From: Curvularia clavata
Taxonomy: Eukaryota
Direction of reading: 5' to 3'
NCBI GenBank assembly: GCA_023920165.1
Contig: CP089280.1
Span: 1,488,001-1,552,000 of the forward strand
Length of the DNA stretch: 64,000 nucleotides
Made by a program: the position numbers and the translations under genes. Position 1 is the first letter of the stretch; the number at the start of each line of letters is the position of its first letter. Positions 12,369 through 28,247 of this stretch are shown piece after piece. The notes under the pieces were generated by a model. It saw only the letters and a list, made by a program, of their open reading frames with translations. It did not search any database and had not been told where the DNA came from.

Positions 12369-15111
12369 CTACCAACGGAACGTATCCCCCGGCAGCAAAA
12401 AATTCGCCTCTTCAAACGTAATCACACGATCCATATCTAGAAAATGCGAATCCATAAACGCATCACTGAGATTAAGCAGAGACTGGTCTTGAGTACTTTG
12501 CTGTGTCCCCGGCACGGCACCTAGCGCATTATTGTTGTTATGATACGGGGAAGGCGCAGCATGATACAACGGTGGAGCAGGAGGATAGCTAGGTGTTGCA
12601 GGTACCTGCGGCGAATTGTAGAGTGGCGATGGTGCCGTGGATAGACGCGGGATGAAGGCGGCTGGGGAGGTGAGTGTGTTGCGTGCTGCATCTGGGTGTC
12701 TTGGGCTAAGTGTCGTCTGGCTGTTGAAGCTACTTTTCCGCACATGATGGTCTTTTATCCCTGGACGCTCGTGTGTAACGCTCTCAGGGCGGGTCTGGGG
12801 CGTGGGTGCATACGTGGGACTGGCAAAGTGATGCGGGTATAATGATATGCCGCTGTGGTCGTAGAAGTCGAAGCAGAAGTTGGGGTCGTTCTGGCAGGCG
12901 TCGTGGAGGAGCGAGAGTTGCTCGGCGTACAGACCGGCTTGGGTGTTGGGTCTTTGATCGTCATTGCACCGCTTTTGCCAGCGTGAGGACATGTCACAGA
13001 GATCGTGGACTAGGCGTTGGAACTCTGGTCGTAGAGGGCGTCGTGTAGCTTGGTGCTCGAACAAAAGGGCTTTGGCGGCGACGAAGGCGCAAAAAGAGAA
13101 TTGCACGTTAACAAAGGGAATTGGTGTGTGAGCTAAGAACTTGTTGACAATGTTCGAAGTCTCGATTGCAGCGAGCTCGCAGGTCTGCGCACTGCATTCT
13201 TTCGGGAGAGCGACAAAGTCGTTCCATTCTTTGGGAGGGTGCCCGATTGGATGATGGAGCAGTATCATTGACGTATTATGAGTGATGTGGGCTAAAGTGA
13301 GATTGGGGTCCATGTCGACCACTGTCCTGTCGGCGGAGATATTAGAGTCCTTCCACCTGGGCGGAAGGAACATTTTCCACTGAACGAGTCGTAGGTCCAG
13401 CTCTTTGAATCTTGTCAGCCAGCTGACGGCATTCTCTTTATCTTGCCAGTTGATTCGTTGCTGGAGGAAGAATGTAGTGACTTGACTTAGACTCTCGGTT
13501 GCCTCGACACAATACGCAAAAGCGCCGAGTTTGGATGCGTCAATGTAGCTGTTGCTAGAATTTGGACTAGCACCTGGAAGCAGTTCGGTGGTTGGGTCAT
13601 CCTCGTTGTACTGAGCAGGCACGTTTGCCAGCGAGCGCCCGATACGAGCTGCTGCTTTGTTCCAGATTCCTGAAATGGTTGTTAGTAAGCCGAGTGATAT
13701 TAGGTGAGCTATATTGGCTCTCGTTTTAGGCTCAAGACCTAGTAGATGAAGGCATACAATAGACCGAGAAGTGGTCCAGATGCATCCGTTCTCCAGCAGA
13801 TCAGAGGAGCTCACATACCAAAATAGGGTGTGGTGACAGGCTCTTCACGCGTGAAATAGCCTCCGTCTGCCGGAAGCCTCCGATGGACATCTTCTGCCGT
13901 CAGACTAGTATTCCACCCAGCCGACACTGAACAAAACCGATCGAGCAAGAAGATGACCCAGAACAGTCTTCTTCGCTCTTCCAGCTCCGTCCAGTCATTC
14001 GTAGGCTTCACTAGACGTACAGGCGGCATCAGTGATCTAAGTTGCGACGGCGACGGCTCAGTAGTAAGCTGAAGGTAGTCGATAGTCCTAGTGAGCGACC
14101 CGATGAGCGGCCATGCCCTCTGCGGTTGGCCATCATTCAAAAGGTCAAACACAAGAAAGATGAGGGCCTGCAGACTCTCAATAGTGACATTCCGCATCGC
14201 ATGTGTTTCCACAATCATACGCGAGACTTGGATCTGCTGGAGGATCTGATCCTGATCCAAAAACAGCACTCCAGGGTCCATGTGGCGCAGCCCAACAGCG
14301 ACCAGGGCATGGAGAACAAGCACCAGGCCAGGGTCTTGGGATCCTTGACGGACTCGTGTCTGGAGGCGCTTTTTGTGGATGTAGGGAATCCAGTGGTGGA
14401 AGGAGATGCAGAAGAAATCCGCGAGCTTTTCGAGGAGTGGCTGCGGCGGAAGATGCTGGGCAATGTCGACGTCGCCGAATGGGAAAAGCCAGTTCTCAAG
14501 AAGAGGTGTGGTGTGTTTTCTCTTCAACGGATTCGAAGACATTATTTCTTCTTTATGGACAGCTGGCGCACTTTCTCTTGACAACTTCGCATATTGCTGT
14601 TGAGAAGTAGGATTGGTAGGCTGAGCATGCTCATTGCCACGAGACGGGGTTTCTGTCGCCGTGGTGGTTGGTGTTTCTTGACTGACAGCCTGTTTGGTAG
14701 GCGCATCCTCATCTACATAACGTGCACGTATCTGTCCATTTTCGTCCAGGAGTATCTTCTCCAAAAAAGCTGTTGTTTGTAAGACGCGTCTCTTGGTAGA
14801 AGGATGCTAGCATACCAACGCGCCGAGTCAAGGCCTCAACAGCACCCGGCTTAAGCCCTGGCTTATTCTTGGGCTGGTACACGCATTCCGACGCTGCGTC
14901 TCAGGTCAGCGAAAGAGCGTGGGTCCCTTTAAAGCAGAGACATACAAAGCCTCAGGCAATGAGTACACGAAGGCAGTTCGCGTGAGCAACGCAGCTTGCG
15001 TTGCTTGCAGCTGACGCAGGCAGGGATCTCGCCGGTGGCGGAAACGGGAGCATCGTCCTCTGCTGCTTGACTGCCATTGCCAGTCGAGTAATTGGTCCAG
15101 CTAGCCGACAT
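12369..15111 (-). CDS. Zn(II)2Cys6 transcription factor with a fungal-specific TF (middle homology) domain
   Basis: Exons 15111-14946, 14893-14816, 14769-13819 and 13669-12369. Zinc cluster [31 protein letters not shown]; Fungal_trans motif [23 protein letters not shown]. Confidence 0.92.
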
Positions 15112-15535
15112 CAGCGCGACATTTCCAGAGGCCGATCGCAAAAGGAAGAAATAGTGGGCTTGAGATACGGTATCCAGCGGGACGGGCATCGGGTTAAAGC
15201 ACCCGCTTCTTTTCTCTCCACATTTCAGCCCCGCGAGACTAACCTTCGTTTCGGCTCAGCATTGCCTCCTTGGATAAATTCCCGCTGCCGCAGACTAAGC
15301 TACGTGCCGACATGCGTGAACGAGATCTGGTGATGTCGTGGCATGATGGCAATCGTGCAGCGGGTGTGCTGCCTTTTCTATGGATAATACAGGTTGCATG
15401 CAAGACGTTGACGATGAATACTCCAACAGAACCAAAAACTTAGGCTACAGCATGAGATAACCGATACTGAGGGATCCTACACCTACATAGTCACTAGGCC
15501 AGCATCACGACCACCACATACCATACAAAAACACT

Positions 15536-17706
15536 ATGCCACCATTATCAGGCTTCTCCTCTAACCCCCTGCTCACCCGCACCCATTTCCAAACCGCCGC
15601 CACAGCCCTCCTACATGCCCTGCTCCCCTACCAATCCCCCGGCGGTGCGCGAATCAGCCTCCCACTAGCAACAGGCACGCATTTCGACGACATCGCCGCG
15701 CAACTAGAAGGCTATGCGCGTCCCCTCTGGGCCGTCGGCGCCCTCCTGCACTCACAGTCCCTCTCCCCCGCCGAACAGCAGCAACTCATTTCACCATTTG
15801 CCCGCGGCTTAGCCAACGGCACCGACCCTTCTCATGCCGAGTACTGGAGCCCAGTCGTCGTTCGCGACCAGCGAATGGTCGAAATGGAGATTATCTCTTT
15901 TGCCCTCCTCGCTGCTCCAGATGCCATGTTCCACTCGCAATCCCCCAAGGCGAAGCAGAATATCACCGAGTGGTTGACAACGCTCAACGGAAAGGACTTT
16001 CCAACCACAAATTGGCTCTGGTTCAGGGTCTTGACGAATCTAGCACTGATCAAAGTGTGCGATGTGCCGAAGGAAGAGGTGCTAGGGCTCATGAAGCAGG
16101 ATTTGGATTTGATGGAGGGGTTTTATAGGGGCGAGGGGTGGGCAGCGGACGGAGTGTGGAATGACGAGGGGAGGCAGGCGGATTACTATTCTGGCAGCTT
16201 TGCGATTCAATTCTCGCAGCTCATTTACGTTAAGATGGCCGGAGATTTGGATCCGGATCGGTGCGAGAGGTTTCGGGAGAGAGCGAAGGAGTTTGCGGGC
16301 GGCTTTTGGCGGTATTTTGATACTGATGGTATGGTTCCCTTTTTCTGTGGTATATGAAATTTGAATAGCGGCTGACGAACGAATACTCAGGTGCCGCAAT
16401 CCCCTTTGGCCGCAGTCTAACGTACCGCTTTGCCCTGGCAGGTTTCTGGTCCGCCGTTGCCTTCGCAGAAGTATCTCTGCCCGCTCCTCTAGACGACTGG
16501 GGCGTAATAAAAGGCCTGCTCCTTCGACACTTCCGCTGGTGGAGCAAAAACCCCGATGTATTCAACTGCGACGGGACTCTTACCATCGGCTTTGCATATC
16601 CGAACATGTACCTCAGCGAAGACTACAACAGCCCGCAGTCGCCCTACTGGGCCATGAAATCTTTTCTCGCCCTTGCCCTATCTGAAAATCACCCCTTCTG
16701 GACAGCTGCTGAAAAACCACTCCCAAATATACCCGGCCCCAGCACCGTTATGAAACTTGAGCCACCAATGCACATCCTCTGTGACCACCCAAATCACCAC
16801 TTCCTACTCTCCATGGGCCAGTTCTGTCCCTGGCCTCTCAAAGCCACAGAAGCAAAATATGGTAAATATGCCTACTCCTCACACTTCGGCTTTAGTGTGC
16901 CTACTGGCCCTTTGCTCCCGCAACTCGCGCCCGACAGCACACTCGCGCTGAGTAAAGACGGGGGCGATACATGGCGCGTACCATGGAAAGTCAGTTCACC
17001 TCGCTTCGACACCGTAGATGTATTGCGTAATGGCGAAGTAGCAGAGACACTGCCTGTGCTGAAAAGCGAATGGAAACCCTGGAAAGATGCGAATGTGCTC
17101 GTGACTACGCTTCTCATCCCGCCAACGAAGCGCTGGCCAGATTGGTATATCCGGTGGCATCACATCACCAACACTGGCTTACAAGATGTCTCACTCCAAG
17201 CTGTGCAGGGTGGCTTTGCGATTCAAGGCCGGGGCAGTAGAAAGGGCGAGGTATTACCGTCCCTGACAATCGCATCAGAGCTGAATACTCCAAACATGCA
17301 CAATGAGATACCGTTTCCCGAAGGAACACTCACCCAGGATAACCGTTCAGCACTCGTGGTATCGAGTGCGGGAGCGAGCGGGATCCGCGCGTTGAGTGCG
17401 TACAGCGAACAAGCTTCTGTGGTGCAAGAACAGGCGCAGGTGCTTAAGCCGGATGCGAATACGAATCTCATCTGGCAGCGTACGCTTATACCGACCATCC
17501 ATGTACAAGGGGAGGCGAAGTGTTCTATCTCGGGGGAGAAGCCGGTGCAATTTGGCTGTGCGGTGTTTGCGCTTGCGTTAACGGAGAACAGGGCTGAGCG
17601 GTATGCGGATGGGCTGGATGTGGAGAAGTTGTGGTTGGATGCGCCTGTCATTAGGGCTGGGGATGAGGAGAAGAGCGAGGACGGGTGGTATATTAGAGTT
17701 GGGTAG
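15536..17706 (+). CDS. DUF2264 family protein, putative carbohydrate-active (alpha/alpha)-barrel enzyme
   Basis: Exons 15536-16328 and 16391-17706. Family motifs [67 protein letters not shown] and [17 protein letters not shown]. Confidence 0.88.
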
Positions 17707-18200
17707 ATGGGTCGTGAATGACCTGTCAGTAATGCTTCTCGAATAAAGAAAGACCTCACTATACCACTTGAAAATCATCCCAGACATCACGCACGTCCAA
17801 ATTCAAACACTCATGTTAACATATGTGGTATTTCCAATCTAATCAGATTACAAAGAATTTCATCTTCCACGTGCATTGAAGCAAGCCCGCAAGCTTCGAC
17901 CGTAACAGAACAATTGAACGTTAGATATCATTGTCTTTCTCCTTTTCCCCTTGTCCAACGCAAACATTTCGTGTCTGTGCCACGCTGGACAAGGAGGCGC
18001 CCGTGTAGAATCTCAAATCCGCGAACAGGGCGCGTGTGCGCACGTTAATATTTTTATCTTCAGAAAAAAGCAAAAACCACAGCTCCTAGCTGACTGCCAA
18101 AATCCAAGACACCAAAAAACGCCAATTACATCTGATTAGGGCAATCGAAGTTGGGCTTTGGGGGATCCAAAGGTGGCCGTTGCGGGGACGCTTGGGCCAT

Positions 18201-21133
<2,933 letters not shown>

Positions 21134-22897
21134 GGCGGGCCGCAGACCACGGGCAGGTGGTGCAGGTTACTAGGCGTAGAGGGATATGGGGTGGAGATGG
21201 AGAGAGGAGTGCTTGAGGAAAAAAAGAGCACTGAGCGCACGACTGGCGGTGTCGCTTGATAAAGAGCCGATGGGCTGTCTGGGGCGTTGGAGGGCTGAGA
21301 AAGGTGCAGGAAACCGCGCTATTCCTGTTTCGGAGGGGAGAATGGGGGAAGAGACTGCGCTAGGAAAACGGCCGCGCTGAAACACGCGTAGGCCACAGAG
21401 CGAGACAGGGTAATTGGTCGGCCTGTGGTTTCGGGGGTGCAGATGGACAAGCCTGCCACGGAATGTAATTATACTCGGCGTGCGGCCAGTGGGTTGGACT
21501 GGCACAGGGCGAGCGGGCTGCTCTACGTACTTGAATCTCCAGGGGAGGGCTGCCCTGCTGACGCGCAGCCACAGGCCGTTGTGCACATATCTTGGTCGTC
21601 GCTCAAACCTGCTCTACCACCTGCTGGCGGTGTGGCGCGTGCTGGCCTGCCCAGGGCTAAAATTAGAGCGACGGCCCTAATCAGCTCCACGCTGACCTGC
21701 TCAGCCTCACACAAACCCTCGCCCATCGCTGTGTCCGGTGCACAGTCGGGTGGCCTTGGCCAAGAAGGGCATACGACGTGCATTGTGTTTACTGAGGCGC
21801 CGAAAAAATAGATGTCCTGCCAGTGGCTTGGTTGGTTGACTTGGGATAACTTTTCTCCCAGCCAGGGGTCGCACGGTACGTCAGCCCTCTTTCACACGAG
21901 AGAGATCTTCACTCCTTCTGGAAGGGCCGGCATGCATTGGCACAGGCACCGAATGCAACACAGCAGCCTGACTGTGTAGCATCTACGCCGCTCTGTGGTT
22001 GCAACTGTCTTAGTCTTAGTCTTGCCTGCATCCACATATACGAGGCGGCTGTCTTTTCCCCGGTATGCATCGTCTTGATAATCCATTGCTCACCAGGGGC
22101 CTGTACATAGTAGCCAAGGGCCCATGGCATGACGGGGGCGTGTATCCGCTAAGGATGGAGGCTGTTACCCTACAATCCTAATCCCATTGCTGGTGCTCGT
22201 GTGGGTCGAGAGCATCTTGCTGGGTGGGTTCGTCCCTGACGCACCGTATCTGCTGGACCGCCTTGTGCCCACAGCGTACCCAGCCCGGTGGACACTCGCC
22301 CATGTACAACACACAAGTACAGATTGCTCTGCTCGCAACCGAAATTCAACCCATCTCTTCTTCACCGACTGGGTGCCGCTCTCAATGTCGAGCTCCTTGC
22401 CATGTTTGCCACTGTCTGTAGCCGTGGCGCCGAAAAGAAAGCGTACAAGCAAGTAGCAATACAAAAAGAGAAAAACCCCCGCAAGCGAGTTTTGGCGCTT
22501 CCCGACGATGACATCAGAGAGGAAGGAGCAGGCCATGCGTTCCTTCCGGGTCGCGTCAAGAGCGCGCTTCGCACCTGCCGTCATCCGCGTCTCAACAGAA
22601 CACCATTTCAACAACTGGGTGGGCCACTTGAAGGCTTCATTTCTCTACAAGATGATCTAATCAAACTGCACTAGGCAAACTTGCACCATGATGCTCTCTA
22701 GACTCTAGTAATGCCTTTGACTAACCACATACTTGGCTTGCCTCATGTCCTCAACTCGCCTACCCCGCATACTTCATGCTTGTCACACCATTCCCCCATC
22801 TTGCAACATCCTAGATACCATTGAGCTGACGCGATCAACCGCCTTGTATACCAATTGCTGACACTACCCCACATCGACTAAATCGGCGCGACCCGTC

Positions 22898-23991
22898 ATG
22901 GCCTCAGCCGCACAGCTGGTGGACCTTCCAAAGTCAAAGTCTAACTCCAAATCAAAGTCTAGGTCCAGGTCACAGTCTAGCTCCCGGTCACAAGGGTCAG
23001 CATCTACAGACAGCCCTGCCAAGGCTACGGAAAACACTGAGGCACAGACTGCCCTTGAGCACAGGCAGCAGCCGTTTCCACAGGGCCAATTCGTCCATCC
23101 GCCCCATGAAATACCACCTCCGTCCTATCCAGACGTACCCAACCTCATCATTGTATGCTGTCACGCCATCTTCTTGCCCAACGCCGATGCTTCCAATCTT
23201 CCGCTATACAGCCCCTATGACGAATCCAACTGGCTTCTGGCACCCTTTCAGAAGTCAGATGCCGCTGCTGGCAAGCCAGGCGAGCACGAGACCTTTATAT
23301 CCCACATCAAAGCTGGTCTCGATGCCTTGACTGTGGGTGTAGACGCCAAACACCCACTCTCAAGTATCCTGGTCTTTAGCGGTGGGGCCACCAAACGGGC
23401 GCAAACACTTAAGACTGAGGCGCGGTCTTACTACCATGCAGCACTGGCAACAGAATTAGCTGAAGGACACTTGGGTGGTGGCCGTGCTTATCAGTATGTA
23501 AACTCGCTGACACGTCACTGGCACAAGGCATACTTACCACTACGGACAGTCACTACGAAAAAAAGCACATACTGCTCGAAGAGGAAGCCACTGATTCGTT
23601 CCAGAACCTATTGTTCAGTATTTTGCTTTTCAGGAAAATAACGGGTAAATACCCCGAACATATTCGTGTCATTACCCATGCGTTCAAGGCCAAGCGGTTC
23701 CTCGAACTGCATGCCCCGACGATCAAATGGCCAAAAAACCGCATCCAGGTCCAAGGTATCGACCCAGTAATGCCAAAAGAAGCACTGACAGCCACCCTTC
23801 TCGGCGAAGAGAAGTCGGGCTACGCAGCTTGGGAAGAAGATCCTCTAGGTACTGGTGACCTCCTCGGGGGGAAGAGGCAAGTGCGTGGATGGAACGCCAG
23901 TACAGGATCCAAATACTTCAAAGATCTGGAAGACAGTGTTAAGGAATTGTTTCAAGGGAGAGTCTCCGATCAGCTGCCTTGGATTGAGTAG
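22898..23991 (+). CDS. DUF218-like Rossmann-type protein (yeast YOR238W-like)
   Basis: Exons 22898-23493 and 23550-23991. Motifs LIIVCCHAI, GEHETFISHI, LVFSGGATK, TEARSY, LEEEATDSFQNLLFS and ITHAFKAKRFLELH. Confidence 0.8.
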
Positions 23992-24048
23992 ATTGGTTGA
24001 CTCGACCAAGTTTTATATTACGAGGTAATTGTCGCCAGTTGGATGCTC

Positions 24049-24876
24049 TCACCGGAGCGACTTGTTCGGCCGCCCACAGAGCACGGCATCCTCTCCCAGC
24101 GGTATCCACCTGATGTCTTTCAACCTCGTGACAGGCAATCGGTCGCTGCCTCCGTCAGGACAGACCTGCACACCACCCTTTCCGAGCCATGTCGGAGCTA
24201 TTGTGACAATGACCGAATCCACGAGCGAATACGCTGGGCCGGGACCGAGTAGGTCGTTGATAACAAATCCACCACCCTCAATCATCACACTCTGTATGCC
24301 TTGCTGTTTTAGTGCATCAAGAATCATGTGCCACGAGGAACTATTGCCGCTCTTTGTAAATGCCGTCGGCCCTAGAACCAAGAATTTACCCCCTACACTC
24401 TCCAGCACAGCTTTACGACCGTCTGATGGCGCGACACACGTGATGATGAACGGCGCCTTTCCTTTGCCCTCTGCAGCAAGCTTGAGGACCTTGCTTTCTT
24501 CACTAAACTGCCAGCGGCCCTTTGGATCAACCACAATCGGCCTCGGCTGCCCAGCGAGGCCTTCACCACCATAGCCGCCCACGCCTTCTATCCGACAGTT
24601 TAGAGATGGGTTGTCAGCCACAGCTGTGCCCGCTCCAACCAAAATAGCATCATGCTTAGACCGCAGAAAATGCGTCATTGACTTGGACTGCGGTCCTGAA
24701 AGCGCAGTTTGTACTCCGGGAGCGATGGAGAGATGGCTGTCCAGCGAAGTGGCAAAGGTCAATGTGACAAAGGGTTTTTCCAAAGCACTATCCGCCGAGG
24801 GCGGCAGATATTCTTCAAATTGCTTGCTCTCCGAGTCTGGGAATTGCAGGGCTCCCCTTACGGGTGCCGCCGTCAT
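24049..24876 (-). CDS. RIB7: 2,5-diamino-6-ribosylamino-4(3H)-pyrimidinone 5'-phosphate reductase (riboflavin biosynthesis)
   Basis: RibD_C motifs PFVTLTFATSLDS, MTHFLRSKHDAILVGAGTAVADNPSLNCR, QPRPIVVDP, SVMIEGGG and TIAPTWLG. Single exon. Confidence 0.93.
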   Translation of the reverse strand: MTAAPVRGALQFPDSESKQFEEYLPPSADSALEKPFVTLTFATSLDSHLSIAPGVQTALSGPQSKSMTHFLRSKHDAILVGAGTAVADNPSLNCRIEGVGGYGGEGLAGQPRPIVVDPKGRWQFSEESKVLKLAAEGKGKAPFIITCVAPSDGRKAVLESVGGKFLVLGPTAFTKSGNSSSWHMILDALKQQGIQSVMIEGGGFVINDLLGPGPAYSLVDSVIVTIAPTWLGKGGVQVCPDGGSDRLPVTRLKDIRWIPLGEDAVLCGRPNKSLR

Positions 24877-25358
24877 GATGGCTGTTGTTGAAGATGCCAA
24901 AGCGTTGAAGAATGATTGCCGAATTCGAATCCCGAATGGTAGACCAGTGTAGATGAAAGCATGCGAGATTGAATGATTTTACTTGCAGAATAAAGTTTTA
25001 CATAGACATGGTAGATCGGCCAAGACTCGGAGCAACAACAAGAGATGGCGAGTGATGGTGTCGAACAAGTGAAATGCTGACTCAGGGAAGTGGCGCAGAT
25101 ACCGCGGCGACTGGACCCCACGTAGGGAGCACGGCCGCCCGACGTCGTGGCAGCCTGCCCAACTGTTCTTCCTCACTATCACGTTTACCAGCATAGAACT
25201 ATTTCCTTTGGCGTTTGTGCTTCTGTGGCCCTCCGCTCCTTTTCTCTCATCGAGTTTCGCGGCGCTTCGTCATCCCAGCGCCTTCCGCAGACTTTCGCCG
25301 CCTCCCCACGCGACCGTACCGAGGGCAATAGCCAGGAACCTTATACAACACCGCCAAG

Positions 25359-26090
25359 ATGATGAAAATATGGTCCATGGTACGTTTGAAAACGACTGGG
25401 CCTTGCGCATGGGGCTTTTGTGTATCTTTGGGTACTAACACGCATGCTACAGAAGAAGCAGCAACAGCAAGATGAGGCTGCTGCTGCTGCGTCCAGCAAG
25501 AAGAAGAAGGTCACCCCAGCCCAACTACGCACACAAAAAGGTACACGATACGCCGGACTCTTAGCATGACGCGCGTGCAACTAATGCGACTAAAGATCTC
25601 GAAGAGCTGTCGCTCGGCACGACGATGAAGACACACTTCCCAAACCCCGACGACATCCTCAACTTTGAACTCACAATTGACCCTGACGAGGGCATGTACA
25701 AGGGCGGCCACTTCAAGTTTGACTTCAAGATCAACCAGAACTTTCCACACGACCCGCCAAAAGTCAAGTGCACACAGAAGATCTACCACCCTAACATCGA
25801 TCTTGAAGGCAACGTTTGCCTGAACATTCTGCGAGAAGACTGGAAGCCGGTGTTGAACCTGAACGCGGTTGTTGTTGGATTACAGGTATGATATGCTGAA
25901 CGCGGGAGAGAGGATGGTGATGGCTGACGGATGGTAGTTCCTTTTCCTCGAACCAAACGCTTCGGACCCGTTGAACAAGCAGGCTGCGGAAGACCTCAAA
26001 GCGAACCGAGAAGGATTCAAGCGCAACGTGCGCATGTCGCTGGGTGGTGGTACAGTCAAGGGACAAACTTTCGACCGTGTGCTCAAATGA
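25359..26090 (+). CDS. UBC12: NEDD8-conjugating E2 enzyme Ubc12
   Basis: Exons 25359-25379, 25453-25540, 25596-25885 and 25938-26090. MMKIWSMKK N-terminal docking peptide; [28 protein letters not shown] with the active-site Cys; [14 protein letters not shown]. Confidence 0.96.
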
Positions 26091-26369
26091 GCGGCATAAC
26101 AAATCGGTAGGGTTGCCTGACAAACAGGAAACAGGTTGCCTAGCCATGGGACACCACATTCACGATACATGACATGGTATCGAGGGCCCGGTGCCAAGTC
26201 AGAGGCGAGGAGAGCGGAGACGGAAGAAGGATGGTGGACATGGGCATGTGCATATTTAAGTAGTTGCATGTGTATGGGGGTGTACGGCGAAGGCGGCATA
26301 GCCCTGGGCGCATGTAGTTCTCCAAGATCTTGTAGTAACCTGATTGGGCATTTGTGTACAAACCAGCGT

Positions 26370-26376
26370 TGACTCA
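26370..26376 (+). promoter_or_regulatory. Putative Gcn4/CpcA response element (TGACTCA) upstream of ILV5
   Basis: Exact TGACTCA ~555 bp before the ILV5 ATG. Amino-acid biosynthesis genes are classic cross-pathway control targets. A single 7-mer can also occur by chance. Confidence 0.4.
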
Positions 26377-26929
26377 AGCATACCTTTTCCAATTTCAACA
26401 TGTGAGATCTGCAAATACGTAGTGTTGTGGGTGCAGTCCTGGAGGCATTGCGTTACCGTGCAAGCTTTTGTGTGCCATTGAGATCCTTCAACTCATGCTC
26501 GACTGGAGCCGACAGGTCATCCTCACATTACTGTGCACATCACTGACAGAGACTACGTGTCTATCAATCTCGCTCGCCAGACATCCAGCCCGTAAGACCC
26601 TCTATTCGGCGCGATATGTGCATGACTGTGTTGTGGAACGGCTCCAGTCACAGTCAGAAGCGCTCTCGGAGAAGCGCTTCTCTCCCCGAAGACCCTCCGC
26701 CACCCCTGCCCACAGCCCCGCCACCGCCGCACGCGCGCCGCTCATTGGCTCCCGACGCGAACGGCTCAGTGTCAGTGGTCTGGGGCAGCGATAATCGGCG
26801 TGGTCTAAGCTCCCCAAGCTCGAAATTCCAGGCGTGGTAATTGTTGAGCCAGAGAGTTTAAAAGCCATCCATCCCCGCCAGTTACTTCTGACCCCAAGAT
26901 ACCCCAATCCCTTCTCACATACCTTCACA

Positions 26930-28247
26930 ATGGCCTCAAGACCCGTCACCCGTGCTCTCCGCCAATCCGCCCGCCAATTGGCGGCTGCTCCTGCTCAGAA
27001 GCGGACTTTTGTCTCTGCTCTGAGTGCTGGTGCTAAGAAGGCCGCTCCCCGCGCTGCCGTCACCAGCCAGTTCCAGCAGACCCGTGGTGTCAAGACCATT
27101 GACTTTGCTGGCACCAAGGAGACCGTCTACGGTAAGCATCAATTGGATCTAACAGTGCAATTGAACAAACGCTGATGACGTCAAACAGAGCGTGCCGACT
27201 GGCCCAAGGAGAAGCTTCTTGAGTACTTCAAGGACGACACCCTCGCCCTCATCGGCTATGGCTCCCAGGGCCACGGCCAGGGTCTCAACATGCGTGACCA
27301 GGGACTCAACGTCATTGTCGGTGTCCGGAAGAACGGTGCCTCGTGGAAGGAGGCCGAGCAAGACGGCTGGGTCCCCGGCAAGAACCTCTTCGACATTGAC
27401 GAGGCCATTGGCAAGGCCACCATTGTCATGAACCTCCTCTCAGATGCCGCCCAGTCCGAGACCTGGCCCGCCATCAAGCCCCAGCTCACCAAGGGCAAGG
27501 TAAGCAGCCAACCTCGTAGCATCAATCCAGTGTCCATTCTAATAAACATAGACTCTCTACTTCTCCCACGGCTTCTCCCCCGTCTTCAAGGACCTCACCA
27601 AGGTCGAAGTCCCCAAGGACATTGATGTCATCCTCGTTGCCCCCAAGGGCTCCGGCCGTACCGTCCGTACTCTTTTCCGTGAGGGCCGTGGTATCAACTC
27701 TTCCATTGCCGTCTTCCAGGACGTCACCGGCAAGGCCAAGGAGAAGGCCGTCGCCCTCGGTGTTGCCGTCGGTTCCGGATACATGTACGAGACGACTTTC
27801 GAGAAGGAGGTCTACTCTGACCTGTACGGCGAGCGTGGCTGCCTCATGGGCGGTATCCACGGCATGTTCCTTGCTCAGTACGAGGTTCTCCGTGAGCGCG
27901 GCCACAGCCCATCTGAGGCTTTCAACGAGACTGTCGAGGAGGCTACCCAGTCACTGTACCCCTTGATCGGTGCCAACGGCATGGACTACATGTACGCTGC
28001 CTGCTCTACCACCGCTCGTCGTGGTGCTCTTGACTGGAGCAAGCGCTTCAAGGATGCCCTCAAGCCCGTCTTCGACGACCTCTACACCTCCGTCGAGAAC
28101 GGCACCGAGACCAAGCGCTCCCTCGAGTACAACTCTCAGCCAGACTACCGTGAGAAGTATAACCAGGAGCTCAAGGAGATTGACGACCTGGAGATCTGGC
28201 GCGCCGGTAAGGCGGTCCGCTCCCTCCGTCCCGAGAACGCCAAGTAA
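26930..28247 (+). CDS. ILV5: Mitochondrial ketol-acid reductoisomerase
   Basis: Exons 26930-27131, 27189-27499 and 27552-28247. Arg/Ala-rich presequence, ALIGYGSQGHGQGLNMRD, NLLSDAAQ and SDLYGERGCLMG. Strong codon bias. Confidence 0.97.

Noticed and set aside
13670..13818. 149-nt intron with an internal TAG|GT, a possible recursive or stwintron arrangement
   Set aside because: There is no convincing branch-point consensus before the internal AG, and the downstream GTCTTG is a weak donor.
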